A program made the position numbers and the translations under genes. The notes beneath the pieces were generated by a model. It was given only the letters and a program-made list of their open reading frames with translations. It was not told the DNA's origin and did no database searches. From sequence record OP172784: a stretch of 64,000 nt of DNA, one strand, 5' to 3'. Positions 51,421 to 60,946 of the stretch are shown here, piece by piece (positions within the stretch are counted from its first letter, which is position 1; every line of letters begins with the position of its first letter). Source of the stretch: Escherichia phage ECO07P1.

Positions 51421-51647
51421 TGAAATATAGCATTGATGATGCTTTTAATTATGAAGAAGAAGAATTCGAAACGGAAATTCAATTCTTAATGAAAAAGTAT
51501 AATCTCAAGCGTCAGGATATTCGTATCCTGGCCGACCATCCATGCGGTGAAGATGTACTTTATGTTAAAGGAAAATTTGCCGGATATCTTGATGAATATT
51601 TTTATTCTAAAGATATGGGCATTGATATGCATATGAGAGTTATATAA
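51420..51647 (+). CDS. hypothetical protein (uvsY.-1 position)
   Basis: Track ORF; ATGA overlap with uvsY. Confidence 0.5.
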   Translation: MKYSIDDAFNYEEEEFETEIQFLMKKYNLKRQDIRILADHPCGEDVLYVKGKFAGYLDEYFYSKDMGIDMHMRVI

Positions 51648-51650
51648 ATA
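51643..51650 (+). promoter_or_regulatory. late promoter motif upstream of small ORF 51676..51843
   Basis: tataaata overlapping stop of ORF 51420..51647. Confidence 0.5.
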
Positions 51651-51675
51651 GATATATAATTTAGAGGAGACAATC

Positions 51676-51843
51676 ATGTCAGATAAGATTTGTGTTGTCT
51701 GTAAAACTCCAATCGATTCTGCATTGGTTGTTGAAACAGACAAAGGTCCTGTACATCCTGGGCCTTGTTATAATTACATTAAAGAACTACCAGTTTCAGA
51801 AAGTTCGGAAGAACAATTAAATGAAACACAACTTTTGCTATAG
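51676..51843 (+). CDS. small CxxC-containing protein (55 aa)
   Basis: ATG 51676 with SD ggagac; MSDKICVVCKTPID...HPGPCYNY; late promoter upstream; not in track. Confidence 0.4.
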   Translation: MSDKICVVCKTPIDSALVVETDKGPVHPGPCYNYIKELPVSESSEEQLNETQLLL

Positions 51844-51866
51844 TGTGACCTTTAGTCTATAGTTTT

Positions 51867-51896
51867 GGCCCTTCCTTTTTGGTTGGGCCTTTTTTA
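51867..51896 (+). terminator. probable terminator after small ORF 51676..51843
   Basis: ggccc ... gggcc stem followed by tttttt. Confidence 0.45.
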
Positions 51897-51898
51897 AT

Positions 51899-52129
51899 TT
51901 AAAAGCTTTCTTCTACTTCATCGTCTGAATCTTCTAATTCAGCTCTTTTTCCTGCCAAAGCATCTCTCACAGAGATGTCATCAGTATCTTTTAATTCAGT
52001 TTCTTTAACTCTTTTCTTGTAATAAGCTTCAAGTTCTTCTAAACCTTCTAATGTTTGACAAGAGGCAATTTTACCCATAAATTCATCAATAGAAGCTTCA
52101 TAAAGAAATTGTTTAAATTCTAGTAACAT
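51899..52129 (-). CDS. UvsW.1 small protein (76 aa from ATG)
   Basis: Track ORF 51899..52141 begins at TTG; first ATG at 52129 with SD ggag. Confidence 0.6.
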   Translation of the reverse strand: MLLEFKQFLYEASIDEFMGKIASCQTLEGLEELEAYYKKRVKETELKDTDDISVRDALAGKRAELEDSDDEVEESF

Positions 52130-52140
52130 CTTTTTCTCCA

Positions 52141-52156
52141 AAGGGCCGAAGCCCTT
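52141..52156 (-). other. UUCG-tetraloop hairpin between uvsW and uvsW.1
   Basis: + strand aagggc-cgaa-gccctt; on - strand a UUCG hairpin overlapping the uvsW stop. Confidence 0.55.
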
Positions 52157-53666
52157 ATAAATTAACTGTTTTCATTACGTAATTAAATTTTTCATCTGCG
52201 TAGCGCTGAATACGATCAATGCCATGTTTTAAAAGATAGTTCAAATGAACGTATTTCTTTTTCGTATTAGCAGATTTTGGCTTAACACCGCAATCATCTA
52301 TGAGGTCCCAGACTGTTGCGATTGTTTTAGAACCATGCTTACGTAATACGCGACCTATTGTTTGCAATACAATAATTTTAGATTTAACACCGTGCGCTAA
52401 AACAACGTGATGCAGATTTTTAACTGAAATACCAGTAGAAAATACACCATAACTAGCTACTATAATTATTCCTTTACCGTTTTCAGCTAGGGTTTTCATT
52501 ACGTTGCGTGTTTCGGTATCAACTTCCCCTGATACGTAATAAACTTTATCGTATTCATTTTTAATTAAATCGAAAATAGCTTTACCGTGCGATACGTGTT
52601 TAAACATGACAAAAGCGTTTTCATCTTTTTGTGCAAGTTTAATAGCTAATTTAGCGATCCATTTATTTCTTTTACTGAGCCCAGTAATAATTTTTATTTC
52701 TTCTTGGTAAGTTTTTCCCTTTAATTTAGTAGTGAACTCATCAGGATAGCGAAGAAAAATACTATTAATTTTTAACTCAGTTACTTGTCCATCTTCCATT
52801 AATTTAGAAGTCGTTACTGGCTTAAATATTTCACCAAACATTCCAACATACTGCATGATATTAGCTTTGCCATCGCGCAATGAACCGGACAAACCAAATT
52901 TAAACATACAGTTATTTAAACCTGATATGATAGATGAAATACTTTTTCCTGTAGCAAGATGGCATTCATCATTCATCATCATTCCAAACTGTGAGAACCA
53001 TTCTTTCGGTTGTTTTACTACAGTTTGCCATGTACCAACAACGACTGGTGCATCATTTTTATATTTATCATCTTTTGATGCTCCACCACCGATTTTCTTT
53101 ATCATTGCATGACTGAATAAACGATAGTCAACAAAGTCATCAGCCATCTGAGTTGTCAGAGCAGTTGTTGGAACAATGATAAGAATTTTACCTTCATAAT
53201 TTTCCAAATAATAACGTGCAAGCAAAGCTTGAATTAAAGATTTACCTGCGGATGTTGGAAGATTAAGAATTCTACGACGATTAACTAATCCTTCGAACAC
53301 TGCATCTTTTTGATACCAGTGCGGTTCAATTCTTTTATTTCCTGAATAGATTTCTAATTTAGAAAGCCATTCATCAAAATCTTTTCTTGATAATTCTTCT
53401 TTTTCGTTAATCTGCGGGTCAATCCAGGCTTTATAGCCAAAGTTATCACAGAACTTTTTAATTTGCCCGACTAAGCCGAATGGAAGAAGTCGATTATAAT
53501 CTAAAAGACGGATTCGCCCATCCCAATGACCATATTTGTACTTCGGATTAAAACGATACCCATCAGCTTCAAAGCTAAAGAAATCACGGAGTTCATGAAA
53601 TGCACTTTCTTCACAATCAATTCTCACGTGACTAAAATCATAAAAATGTACTTTAATGTCAGTCAT
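52155..53666 (-). CDS. uvsW: UvsW DNA/RNA helicase (SF2)
   Basis: 503-aa ORF with Walker A PTSAGKS and DECH box; late promoter upstream. Confidence 0.9.
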   Translation of the reverse strand: MTDIKVHFYDFSHVRIDCEESAFHELRDFFSFEADGYRFNPKYKYGHWDGRIRLLDYNRLLPFGLVGQIKKFCDNFGYKAWIDPQINEKEELSRKDFDEWLSKLEIYSGNKRIEPHWYQKDAVFEGLVNRRRILNLPTSAGKSLIQALLARYYLENYEGKILIIVPTTALTTQMADDFVDYRLFSHAMIKKIGGGASKDDKYKNDAPVVVGTWQTVVKQPKEWFSQFGMMMNDECHLATGKSISSIISGLNNCMFKFGLSGSLRDGKANIMQYVGMFGEIFKPVTTSKLMEDGQVTELKINSIFLRYPDEFTTKLKGKTYQEEIKIITGLSKRNKWIAKLAIKLAQKDENAFVMFKHVSHGKAIFDLIKNEYDKVYYVSGEVDTETRNVMKTLAENGKGIIIVASYGVFSTGISVKNLHHVVLAHGVKSKIIVLQTIGRVLRKHGSKTIATVWDLIDDCGVKPKSANTKKKYVHLNYLLKHGIDRIQRYADEKFNYVMKTVNL

Positions 53667-53695
53667 GTCTAAATACCATGTAATAAATATATCTA

Positions 53696-53703
53696 TATTT
53701 ATA
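53696..53703 (-). promoter_or_regulatory. late promoter for uvsW
   Basis: + strand tatttata 30 nt upstream of uvsW start. Confidence 0.65.
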
Positions 53704-53716
53704 CTGAGGAAATATT

Positions 53717-54397
53717 ATGATAGATAAAGATTATATTGCAGAGCTGAAGGCTCTTGATGATAATAAAGAAGCTAAGGCTAAATTAGCTGAATATGCTGAA
53801 CAGTTTGGTATAAAGGTCAAAAAGAATAAATCTTTTGATAATATCGTTGTTGATATTGAAGAAGCCCTCCAGAAGCTCGCTAGCGAACCTATGCCAGAGA
53901 CTGATGGGTTATCTATTAAAGACTTAATCAATGCTGCTGATGCTGCAGAAGGATTAAAATATGACGATGAAGAAGTCAATCCAGAAGCAGCACTTCTGAT
54001 TGATTCTCCGGTTAAATCTGACATTAAAATTGAAGTAGTAGAAAAGGATAAAATTCCTGAAAATACTGATGTTTTGATTGAAGATACTCCTTTTGTTGAA
54101 GAAAAATTCGAGCAGGCCGTAGCTGAGATTATTGAATCTGAAAAGCCGTCTGTATTTACTCTTCCGGAAAACTTTAGTCCGAATCTTCAGCTGATTGGAA
54201 AAAATCCAGGATTCTGTACTGTTCCTTGGTGGATTTATCAATGGATTGCTGAAACTCCGGATTGGAAATCTCACCCAACTAGTTTTGAACACGCGTCAGC
54301 ACACCAAACTTTATTTAGCTTAATTTATTACATTAACCGTGACGGATCAGTTTTAATTCGTGAAACACGCAACTCTTCTTTCGTGACATTAAAATAA
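53717..54397 (+). CDS. inh: Inh-like protein (inhibitor of prohead protease), assigned by position
   Basis: 226-aa ORF directly upstream of hoc as in T4. Confidence 0.55.
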   Translation: MIDKDYIAELKALDDNKEAKAKLAEYAEQFGIKVKKNKSFDNIVVDIEEALQKLASEPMPETDGLSIKDLINAADAAEGLKYDDEEVNPEAALLIDSPVKSDIKIEVVEKDKIPENTDVLIEDTPFVEEKFEQAVAEIIESEKPSVFTLPENFSPNLQLIGKNPGFCTVPWWIYQWIAETPDWKSHPTSFEHASAHQTLFSLIYYINRDGSVLIRETRNSSFVTLK

Positions 54398-54406
54398 GGA
54401 TAACTT

Positions 54407-55537
54407 ATGGCTTTTACAGTTGATATAACTCCTAAAACACCTACTGGAGTTATAGATCAGACTCAGCAGTTTACTGCTACACCCAGTGGTGAAACTGGAG
54501 GCGGAACTATTACCTATGCTTGGACTGTAGATGATGTTCCACAAGATGGAGCTGAAGCAACTTTTAGTTATGTACTAAAAGGACCTGCCGGTCAAAAGAC
54601 TATTAAAGTAGTTGCAACAAATACAGTTCCAGAAGCTGAAGCTGAAACAGCAGAAGCTACTACAACTATCACAGTTCAAAATAAGACACAAACGACTACC
54701 TTAGCTGTAACTCCTGATAGTCCTGCTGCTGGAGTGATTGGAACTCCTGTTGAATTTACTGCTGCTTTAGCTTCTCAACCAGTTGGAGCGTCTGCTACGT
54801 ATCAGTGGTATGTAGATGATTCTCCTGTTAGTGAAGCAACTTCCGCTACATTTAGCTATACTCCAACTACAAGTGGAGTAAAAAGAATTAAATGCGTAGC
54901 TCAAGTAACAGCGACAGATTATGATGCAAAGGAAGTTACTTCTAATGAAGTATCACTGACTGTTAATAAGAAGACAATGAATCCACAGGTTACATTGACT
55001 CCTCCTTCTATTAATGTTCAGCAAGATGCTTCGGCTACATTTACTGCTAATGTCACTGATGCTCCTGAAGAAGCGCAAATCGAATATTCATGGAAGAAAG
55101 ATTCTTCTCCTGTAGAAGGGTCAACTAACGTATACACCGTTGATACATCATCTATTGGAAGTCAAACTATTGAAGTTACTGCAACTGTTACCGCTACTGA
55201 TTATGATAGCAAAACTATTACAGCAGAAGGTCAAGTTCAAGTGACTGATAAAGTTGCTCCGGAACCAGAAGGTGAATTACCTTATGTTCATCCTCTTCCA
55301 CATCGCACTTCAGCTTACATCTGGTGTGGTTGGTGGGTTATGGATGAAATCCAAAAAATGACTGAAGAAGGTAAAGATTGGAAAACTGACGACCCAGATA
55401 GTAAGTACTACTTGCATCGTTACACTCTTCAGAAGATGATGAAAGACTATCCAGAAGTTGATGTTCAAGAATCACGTAATGGATACATCATTCATAAAAC
55501 TGCTTTAGAAACTGGTATCATCTATACCTATCCATAA
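54407..55537 (+). CDS. hoc: Hoc highly immunogenic outer capsid protein
   Basis: 376-aa ORF with repeated Ig-like segments. Confidence 0.85.
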   Translation: MAFTVDITPKTPTGVIDQTQQFTATPSGETGGGTITYAWTVDDVPQDGAEATFSYVLKGPAGQKTIKVVATNTVPEAEAETAEATTTITVQNKTQTTTLAVTPDSPAAGVIGTPVEFTAALASQPVGASATYQWYVDDSPVSEATSATFSYTPTTSGVKRIKCVAQVTATDYDAKEVTSNEVSLTVNKKTMNPQVTLTPPSINVQQDASATFTANVTDAPEEAQIEYSWKKDSSPVEGSTNVYTVDTSSIGSQTIEVTATVTATDYDSKTITAEGQVQVTDKVAPEPEGELPYVHPLPHRTSAYIWCGWWVMDEIQKMTEEGKDWKTDDPDSKYYLHRYTLQKMMKDYPEVDVQESRNGYIIHKTALETGIIYTYP

Positions 55538-55542
55538 TCATA

Positions 55543-55570
55543 AGGGGCTTCGGCCCCTTTCTTCATTTTG
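55543..55570 (+). terminator. intrinsic terminator after hoc
   Basis: aggggc-ttcg-gcccct followed by ttcttcatttt. Confidence 0.7.
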
Positions 55571-55626
55571 AAAGCACGCAAAACACAATCAGAAAACGTT
55601 GTATATAATGGCATCAACTCGATAAC

Positions 55627-55842
55627 ATGAGATTGATTATGAGAACTGAGGTTGTGGTGTTTACTCTTCATGAGTCTGGAAAGTCATTCATTGAAATTGC
55701 TCGTGAATTGAACTTGCAGGCGAAAGAAGTGGCTGTATTGTGGGCTCGAGCTATGACTGCTAAGAATAAATTTGAGACTCGAGAAAAAGTTGTCTATAGA
55801 AAAAGACATATTAATAAAAAGGTGAAAAATGGAACAGTATGA
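55627..55842 (+). CDS. hypothetical protein (24.3 position)
   Basis: Track ORF. Confidence 0.45.
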   Translation: MRLIMRTEVVVFTLHESGKSFIEIARELNLQAKEVAVLWARAMTAKNKFETREKVVYRKRHINKKVKNGTV

Positions 55843-56107
55843 TCTTTATGAAAATGAATCTTTTGCTAATCAATTACGCGAAAAAGCACTTAAAAGTAAA
55901 CAGTTTAAACTAGAGTGTTTTATTAAAGATTTTTCGGAACTTGCTAATAAAGCAGCTGAACAAGGTAAAACATATTTTAGTTATTATTGTACTGCTCGCG
56001 ATAAATTGATTACTGAAGAAATTGGTGATTGGCTGAGAAAAGAAGGATTTAGCTTTAAAGTCAATAGTGATCAGCGTGATGGTGATTGGTTAGAAATTAC
56101 ATTTTGA
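55829..56107 (+). CDS. hypothetical protein (24.2 position)
   Basis: Track ORF. Confidence 0.5.
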   Translation: MEQYDLYENESFANQLREKALKSKQFKLECFIKDFSELANKAAEQGKTYFSYYCTARDKLITEEIGDWLRKEGFSFKVNSDQRDGDWLEITF

Positions 56108-56116
56108 GGATTAATT

Positions 56117-57121
56117 ATGTTTAAAAAGTATAGCAGTCTTGAAAATCATTACAATTCTAAATTCATTGAAAAACTCTACAGTTTAGGATTGACTGGCGGC
56201 GAATGGGTAGCTCGTGAAAAGATTCATGGTACAAACTTTTCATTGATTATTGAGCGTGATAAAGTAACTTGTGCTAAACGTACTGGTCCTATTCTTCCTG
56301 CTGAAGATTTCTTTGGGTATGAAATTATTCTAAAGAATTACGCTGATTCCATTAAAGCTGTACAAGATATTATGGAAACTTCGGCAGTTGTATCTTATCA
56401 AGTCTTCGGCGAATTCGCTGGACCTGGCATTCAGAAGAATGTTGATTATGGTGATAAAGATTTTTATGTATTTGACATTATTGTTACTACAGAAAGTGGT
56501 GATGTAACTTATGTCGATGATTATATGATGGAATCATTCTGCAATACATTTAAATTTAAAATGGCTCCACTTTTAGGTCGCGGTAAATTTGAAGAGCTTA
56601 TTAAATTGCCAAACGATTTAGATTCTGTTGTCCAGGATTATAATTTTACAGTAGACCATGCTGGATTAGTTGATGCAAATAAATGCGTTTGGAATGCAGA
56701 AGCAAAAGGCGAAGTATTTACTGCTGAAGGATATGTATTGAAACCTTGTTATCCTTCTTGGATGCCTAATGGCAATCGCGTAGCCATCAAATGCAAGAAC
56801 TCTAAATTTAGCGAAAAGAAAAAGTCTGATAAGCCTATTAAAGCTAAAGTTGAGCTGTCAGAAGCTGATAATAAATTGCTGGGAATTTTAGCTTGCTACG
56901 TTACACTGAACCGAGTAAATAACGTTATTTCTAAAATTGGCGAAATTGGTCCAAAAGATTTTGGAAAGGTGATGGGGCTAACTGTTCAAGATATTTTGGA
57001 AGAAACTTCTCGTGAAGGTATTACTCTAACTCAAGCAGATAATCCTTCTTTGATTAAAAAGGAATTAGTTAAAATGGTACAAGATGTGCTTCGTCCGGCT
57101 TGGATTGAATTGGTAAGTTAA
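56117..57121 (+). CDS. rnlB: RNA ligase 2
   Basis: 334-aa ORF with nucleotidyltransferase motif KIHGTNF. Confidence 0.85.
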   Translation: MFKKYSSLENHYNSKFIEKLYSLGLTGGEWVAREKIHGTNFSLIIERDKVTCAKRTGPILPAEDFFGYEIILKNYADSIKAVQDIMETSAVVSYQVFGEFAGPGIQKNVDYGDKDFYVFDIIVTTESGDVTYVDDYMMESFCNTFKFKMAPLLGRGKFEELIKLPNDLDSVVQDYNFTVDHAGLVDANKCVWNAEAKGEVFTAEGYVLKPCYPSWMPNGNRVAIKCKNSKFSEKKKSDKPIKAKVELSEADNKLLGILACYVTLNRVNNVISKIGEIGPKDFGKVMGLTVQDILEETSREGITLTQADNPSLIKKELVKMVQDVLRPAWIELVS

Positions 57122-57127
57122 ATAAAA

Positions 57128-57145
57128 AGGGACCTTTCGGTCCCT
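57128..57145. terminator. bidirectional terminator between convergent rnlB and gene 24
   Basis: agggacc-tttc-ggtccct with T-rich tracts on both strands. Confidence 0.7.
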
Positions 57146-57150
57146 TTGTT

Positions 57151-58434
57151 TTATTCATCAACGATAATTTTTGGCAGTTTAACACCTAATAAAACAGACA
57201 AATCTGAACGACCCGCCATTTTATCCATGTCTCCACCATCAATTATTCTTGCTTCTTTTTCATCTTTTGCTACAGTGTAAGGATTTGCAGATAAAGCATA
57301 TCTAACTAATAAACCGATAGATGGCTGCAAACTTTCTGGATCGACTACAACTTTAAATGCACCTACATGTTCAGGGTCATCTAAGTCAAGACCTTCTGTA
57401 TACGGAGCATAGAAAATTGATCCGACGATTTCTTTTTCACCGATATTTTCTACTACACCAACGATTACATAATCTAATGGGCTGTTAGTATCGCAATAAA
57501 GCGGTAAACCATTAGCTAAGAACCCGTAGGCATTTTGTGAAAGATATTTGTCATCTTCTGGTTTATGTTTTAACCAACCTGATGCAGCAAGAATCGCAGC
57601 GGCACGAGCTGAAGCAACACAGAACGTTGCAGTATAAGTTGATTCTTTTTGGATATGCGAAACCATTTCACACACCATTCGGTATAATGAACGACCAGCT
57701 TCAGGTGCAGATGCATAACTCAAATCAATGAATCCAGTATCAGTAATTCCTGTAACTTTATAGCGTTTTGACACTGTAATCAAAGACTGTAGAATATCTT
57801 TATTAATTTCATCTGCCATTTCAGTTGCAAGCAAATCTTCCAAGAAATTAGGAGCATCGAATCCATTTGCTTCTAAATCTTGTGCTAATTCAACCGTGAT
57901 GCCAGTTTTAAGTTTACGAGATTTAACTGCGGTTTGCCATTTATTAATCTGGAATCTAGCATCAGCAATTTCGCTATCAGAGCTTTCAAATTTGCTTGTT
58001 ACTGCAGCATCAGAAAATAGACGAACCTTTAAAAGAACGATTGCAATCTGAAGAGCTAATTCTAAATCGCTTTCTTCAATATCAGCAAATGGTGTATCTT
58101 CTAATACTTTATAAACGATGTTATTATATTTGAATAAATCGCCTTTATTGAGAGTTAATTTAGACTCTTCTGTTAATTCTGTGATTTGTTCTCGGTCTAC
58201 ATATCCAGCTTCTCCAGCGTAAGTAGCACCAGTTTTAAACGTAAATTCGTTATCTGGGTTAAGGTATTTGATACCATAAAAAGCAGCAACAGGTTGATTA
58301 GTTCTTTGCGTTGCTACAATGTCAGAATATATTAATTTAGTGGTAGCGCGAGTCAAAGCAACGAGATTTGGGCGACCGATTGAGTTGCTATTCGTTGTGG
58401 TTGATTCGCGCAGAAGTTCGTTGATTTTAGCCAT
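57151..58434 (-). CDS. 24: gp24 head vertex protein
   Basis: 427-aa ORF paralogous in pattern to gp23; late promoter upstream. Confidence 0.9.
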   Translation of the reverse strand: MAKINELLRESTTTNSNSIGRPNLVALTRATTKLIYSDIVATQRTNQPVAAFYGIKYLNPDNEFTFKTGATYAGEAGYVDREQITELTEESKLTLNKGDLFKYNNIVYKVLEDTPFADIEESDLELALQIAIVLLKVRLFSDAAVTSKFESSDSEIADARFQINKWQTAVKSRKLKTGITVELAQDLEANGFDAPNFLEDLLATEMADEINKDILQSLITVSKRYKVTGITDTGFIDLSYASAPEAGRSLYRMVCEMVSHIQKESTYTATFCVASARAAAILAASGWLKHKPEDDKYLSQNAYGFLANGLPLYCDTNSPLDYVIVGVVENIGEKEIVGSIFYAPYTEGLDLDDPEHVGAFKVVVDPESLQPSIGLLVRYALSANPYTVAKDEKEARIIDGGDMDKMAGRSDLSVLLGVKLPKIIVDE

Positions 58435-58461
58435 TGCGCTTTCCTTTTGGTTTATATGATT

Positions 58462-58469
58462 TATTTATA
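58462..58469 (-). promoter_or_regulatory. late promoter for gene 24
   Basis: + strand tatttata 28 nt upstream of gene 24 start. Confidence 0.7.
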
Positions 58470-58485
58470 CCATAAAAACAACTAA

Positions 58486-58503
58486 AGGGACCCGAAGGTC
58501 CCT
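58486..58503 (-). terminator. terminator hairpin after gene 23
   Basis: + strand agggacc-cgaa-ggtccct; on - strand a UUCG hairpin followed by a U-rich tract. Confidence 0.65.
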
Positions 58504-58517
58504 TAAATCGTCAAAGA

Positions 58518-60083
58518 TTAGATACCTTTAACATATACACGGCGGAAGTAAGCGTTTTTACCAAGGCTATTCAGAATAGAAGGCATACCGCTCTGGATGC
58601 GAGAAGCCGGAGCCTGAGCAGCGGATTCTGCAAATGGGTTGATACCGATACCGTAACGAGTTTTGAATCCCATTACTGGTTGGAAGTTCTTCGGATCGGA
58701 ACCACGCAGCGGAGTCAGAGCTACATATGGAGCATAGTAAATACCAGCATCCATTTCGTTCGGACCTTTATAACCTACAGTGAAATAATCCTGTTTAGCA
58801 TACTGGTCGATATATACACGGTATTTACCACCCAGAACACCAGCAAATACTGACTTGGTAGTATCAGTGTTAAAGCCGGTAGCCAGACCCTGTGCAGCAT
58901 AAGAAATGCCAGTATCAACTGAAGCCAGAACGTTAACTACGTTACGGGAAGCGATAATGAAGTTACCTTCACCACGACCGGTCTGACGAGCAATTTCAAC
59001 TGCTTCTTTGTCAATCTGGAACAACAGAGCTTTAAAGGATTCACCTGCCCAGCGAGCACCACGAATATCGATTGGGTCCTGGAAGTCAAATACACCAGCT
59101 TTAGAACCCGGAGTCAGGGTCATACCAGATTTACCAACCTGTGCGGAGTAGTTAATCCAATCAACAATTTCACGGTTGATTTCCAGCATGATTTCGGTAG
59201 CCAGAATACCAGACAGTTCAGCATCAGCATCCATACCGTGAACAGCGCGGAGGTCTTGTGCTAATTCGATAGAGTAAGCAGCTTTCAGCTGGCGAGATTT
59301 AGCTTCGATAACTTGCTTATCGATACGGAAGCCCATTTCATTCCATGGGTTATCGGTAGAACCGTTGAAACCTTCCTGGAGTTCAGCGATAGAAGTAGCC
59401 ATACCTTCAGCGATTTCTACCAGTACACCAGCTTCCATTTGTTTCTTAATTTCAGCATCTAATTTAGCAGCATCAGTCGCACCAGCATCGATTGTTACTA
59501 CAGCGGAAGCTTGTAGATACACAGTACCAGTTTCCTGGAAGAAGTGAGTATAGATATCACCTACAACGGTTTGTGTGCTAGCAGCCAGAGCTGGGAATTT
59601 CTTAGCAGCACCCTGACCAGAGAACATTGCGTCTGGACCATACATTGGGTGGAATGCTTCTTTAGCATCGGCAGCGATCGGATCTTTACCATATACTGCG
59701 CGCAGTGCGAATACCTGACCGGTTGGGCTGCTCATTGGTTGAACACCGCAAATATCGAAAGCAATCAGGTTAGGAATAGCACGACGTACCATACCCATAA
59801 CAGCCGGGCCAATCTGAGTTACTGCGCCAGAAGTCTGACCTGCAGCGATGTTAGTAGCATTGTAACCGTGGTCACCACCGATTTCAGCTTCTGTTAAGAA
59901 AGAACCAAATGCCTGAGCAATTTTTTCGTCTTTATATTCCGGAGCTGTCTGGAAATCTTTTTCCTGGTTTTCAAAGATTTTAGCGATAATCGCTTGTTTG
60001 CTATTAGCAATTTCCGGTAAACCTTCACCTTCCAGTAATGGCTTCCATTTGTTCAAAAGTTCAGCTTTAGTTTTGATAGTCAT
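58518..60083 (-). CDS. 23: gp23 major capsid protein
   Basis: 521-aa ORF recognised as T4 gp23 (MTIKTKAELLNKWKPLLEGEG...). Confidence 0.95.
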   Translation of the reverse strand: MTIKTKAELLNKWKPLLEGEGLPEIANSKQAIIAKIFENQEKDFQTAPEYKDEKIAQAFGSFLTEAEIGGDHGYNATNIAAGQTSGAVTQIGPAVMGMVRRAIPNLIAFDICGVQPMSSPTGQVFALRAVYGKDPIAADAKEAFHPMYGPDAMFSGQGAAKKFPALAASTQTVVGDIYTHFFQETGTVYLQASAVVTIDAGATDAAKLDAEIKKQMEAGVLVEIAEGMATSIAELQEGFNGSTDNPWNEMGFRIDKQVIEAKSRQLKAAYSIELAQDLRAVHGMDADAELSGILATEIMLEINREIVDWINYSAQVGKSGMTLTPGSKAGVFDFQDPIDIRGARWAGESFKALLFQIDKEAVEIARQTGRGEGNFIIASRNVVNVLASVDTGISYAAQGLATGFNTDTTKSVFAGVLGGKYRVYIDQYAKQDYFTVGYKGPNEMDAGIYYAPYVALTPLRGSDPKNFQPVMGFKTRYGIGINPFAESAAQAPASRIQSGMPSILNSLGKNAYFRRVYVKGI

Positions 60084-60101
60084 TTGTGTTAACCTTTAAA
60101 A

Positions 60102-60911
60102 TTAGAAACGAGATGCGACTTTCGCATATACACTTACAATATCTTCTGCACCAGGTGCAGCTTTATCTTCTACAGCTTCAGTGACGAAATTCAGTCCGGC
60201 TGCTTCAGTATCAGGAGTATTTATACCCTCAGTAATAGTGCTTTCATCTTTATTAGACTTCTTCACCATTTCTACGATGGCACTCAATTTACTTGAGAAT
60301 TCATCTGAATAATCCATACCTTCGACCAGAGCAGAGACTTTTTCTTTTTGAGACTCAGTCAGATCTTTAGTACTTTCGCTCAATGCCACTTCACGCTGCA
60401 CATAATTGATATATGCGTCACGCTTATTGAGTTCTTCGAACAGACGAGCTGATTCTTCTTTATGTTCTTGCAGCTCTTCTTCCATTTCAGCTACAACATC
60501 AACTGATTCTTCTGGAACAACAACGTTGTGTTCAACAAAGAGCTCTTTTAATCCACCAAGCATGGATTCAAACAGTTCGGCTTTGATGCCTTTATCAACT
60601 GCTAATTTATTTTCAGCGAGCCATTCTTTCGCAAGATGGTCGATGAATTTAGAAGCTTGCTCAGCGATTTTCTTCTCAGCTTTTTCTTCGGCTTCTTCTT
60701 TATTTTTTTCTACTTCTTCTTCTGCTTTTTCAGCAATTTTAGCGATATGAGATTCAGCTAATTTAACGGCGTGCTGCTTGACGGTAGCTTCGAATACAGT
60801 GCCGAAAGTTTCTTTTGCTTCCGGAGAAATATTAACTGATTCGAAAATACTATCAAGAGCAACGGAAGCATCAATTTTCTGCGCTTCGGCAATCAGTTGT
60901 TCTTTAAGCAT
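60102..60911 (-). CDS. 22: gp22 prohead core scaffold protein
   Basis: 269-aa highly charged helical ORF; late promoter upstream. Confidence 0.85.
   Translation of the reverse strand: MLKEQLIAEAQKIDASVALDSIFESVNISPEAKETFGTVFEATVKQHAVKLAESHIAKIAEKAEEEVEKNKEEAEEKAEKKIAEQASKFIDHLAKEWLAENKLAVDKGIKAELFESMLGGLKELFVEHNVVVPEESVDVVAEMEEELQEHKEESARLFEELNKRDAYINYVQREVALSESTKDLTESQKEKVSALVEGMDYSDEFSSKLSAIVEMVKKSNKDESTITEGINTPDTEAAGLNFVTEAVEDKAAPGAEDIVSVYAKVASRF
60218..60225 (-). promoter_or_regulatory. candidate late promoter for gene 23, inside the 3' end of gene 22
   Basis: + strand tatttata (- strand TATAAATACTCCTGA) 135 nt upstream of gene 23 start. Confidence 0.45.
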
Positions 60912-60938
60912 TTTGTAGTCCTGTTGTTTAGATAATAA

Positions 60939-60946
60939 TATTTATA
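60939..60946 (-). promoter_or_regulatory. late promoter for gene 22
   Basis: + strand tatttata 28 nt upstream of gene 22 start, overlapping gene 21 stop. Confidence 0.65.

Noticed and set aside
55568-55608. Possible sigma-70-like promoter upstream of ORF 55627 (ttgaaa ... gtTATATAAT)
   Set aside because: The -35 to -10 spacing is about 29 nt, too long for a functional promoter, and there is no GTTTAC or MotA box at the right distance.
60406-60750. Ser-rich + strand ORF inside gene 22
   Set aside because: Antisense to the Glu/Lys-rich scaffold protein gp22, with no start context; a compositional artefact.
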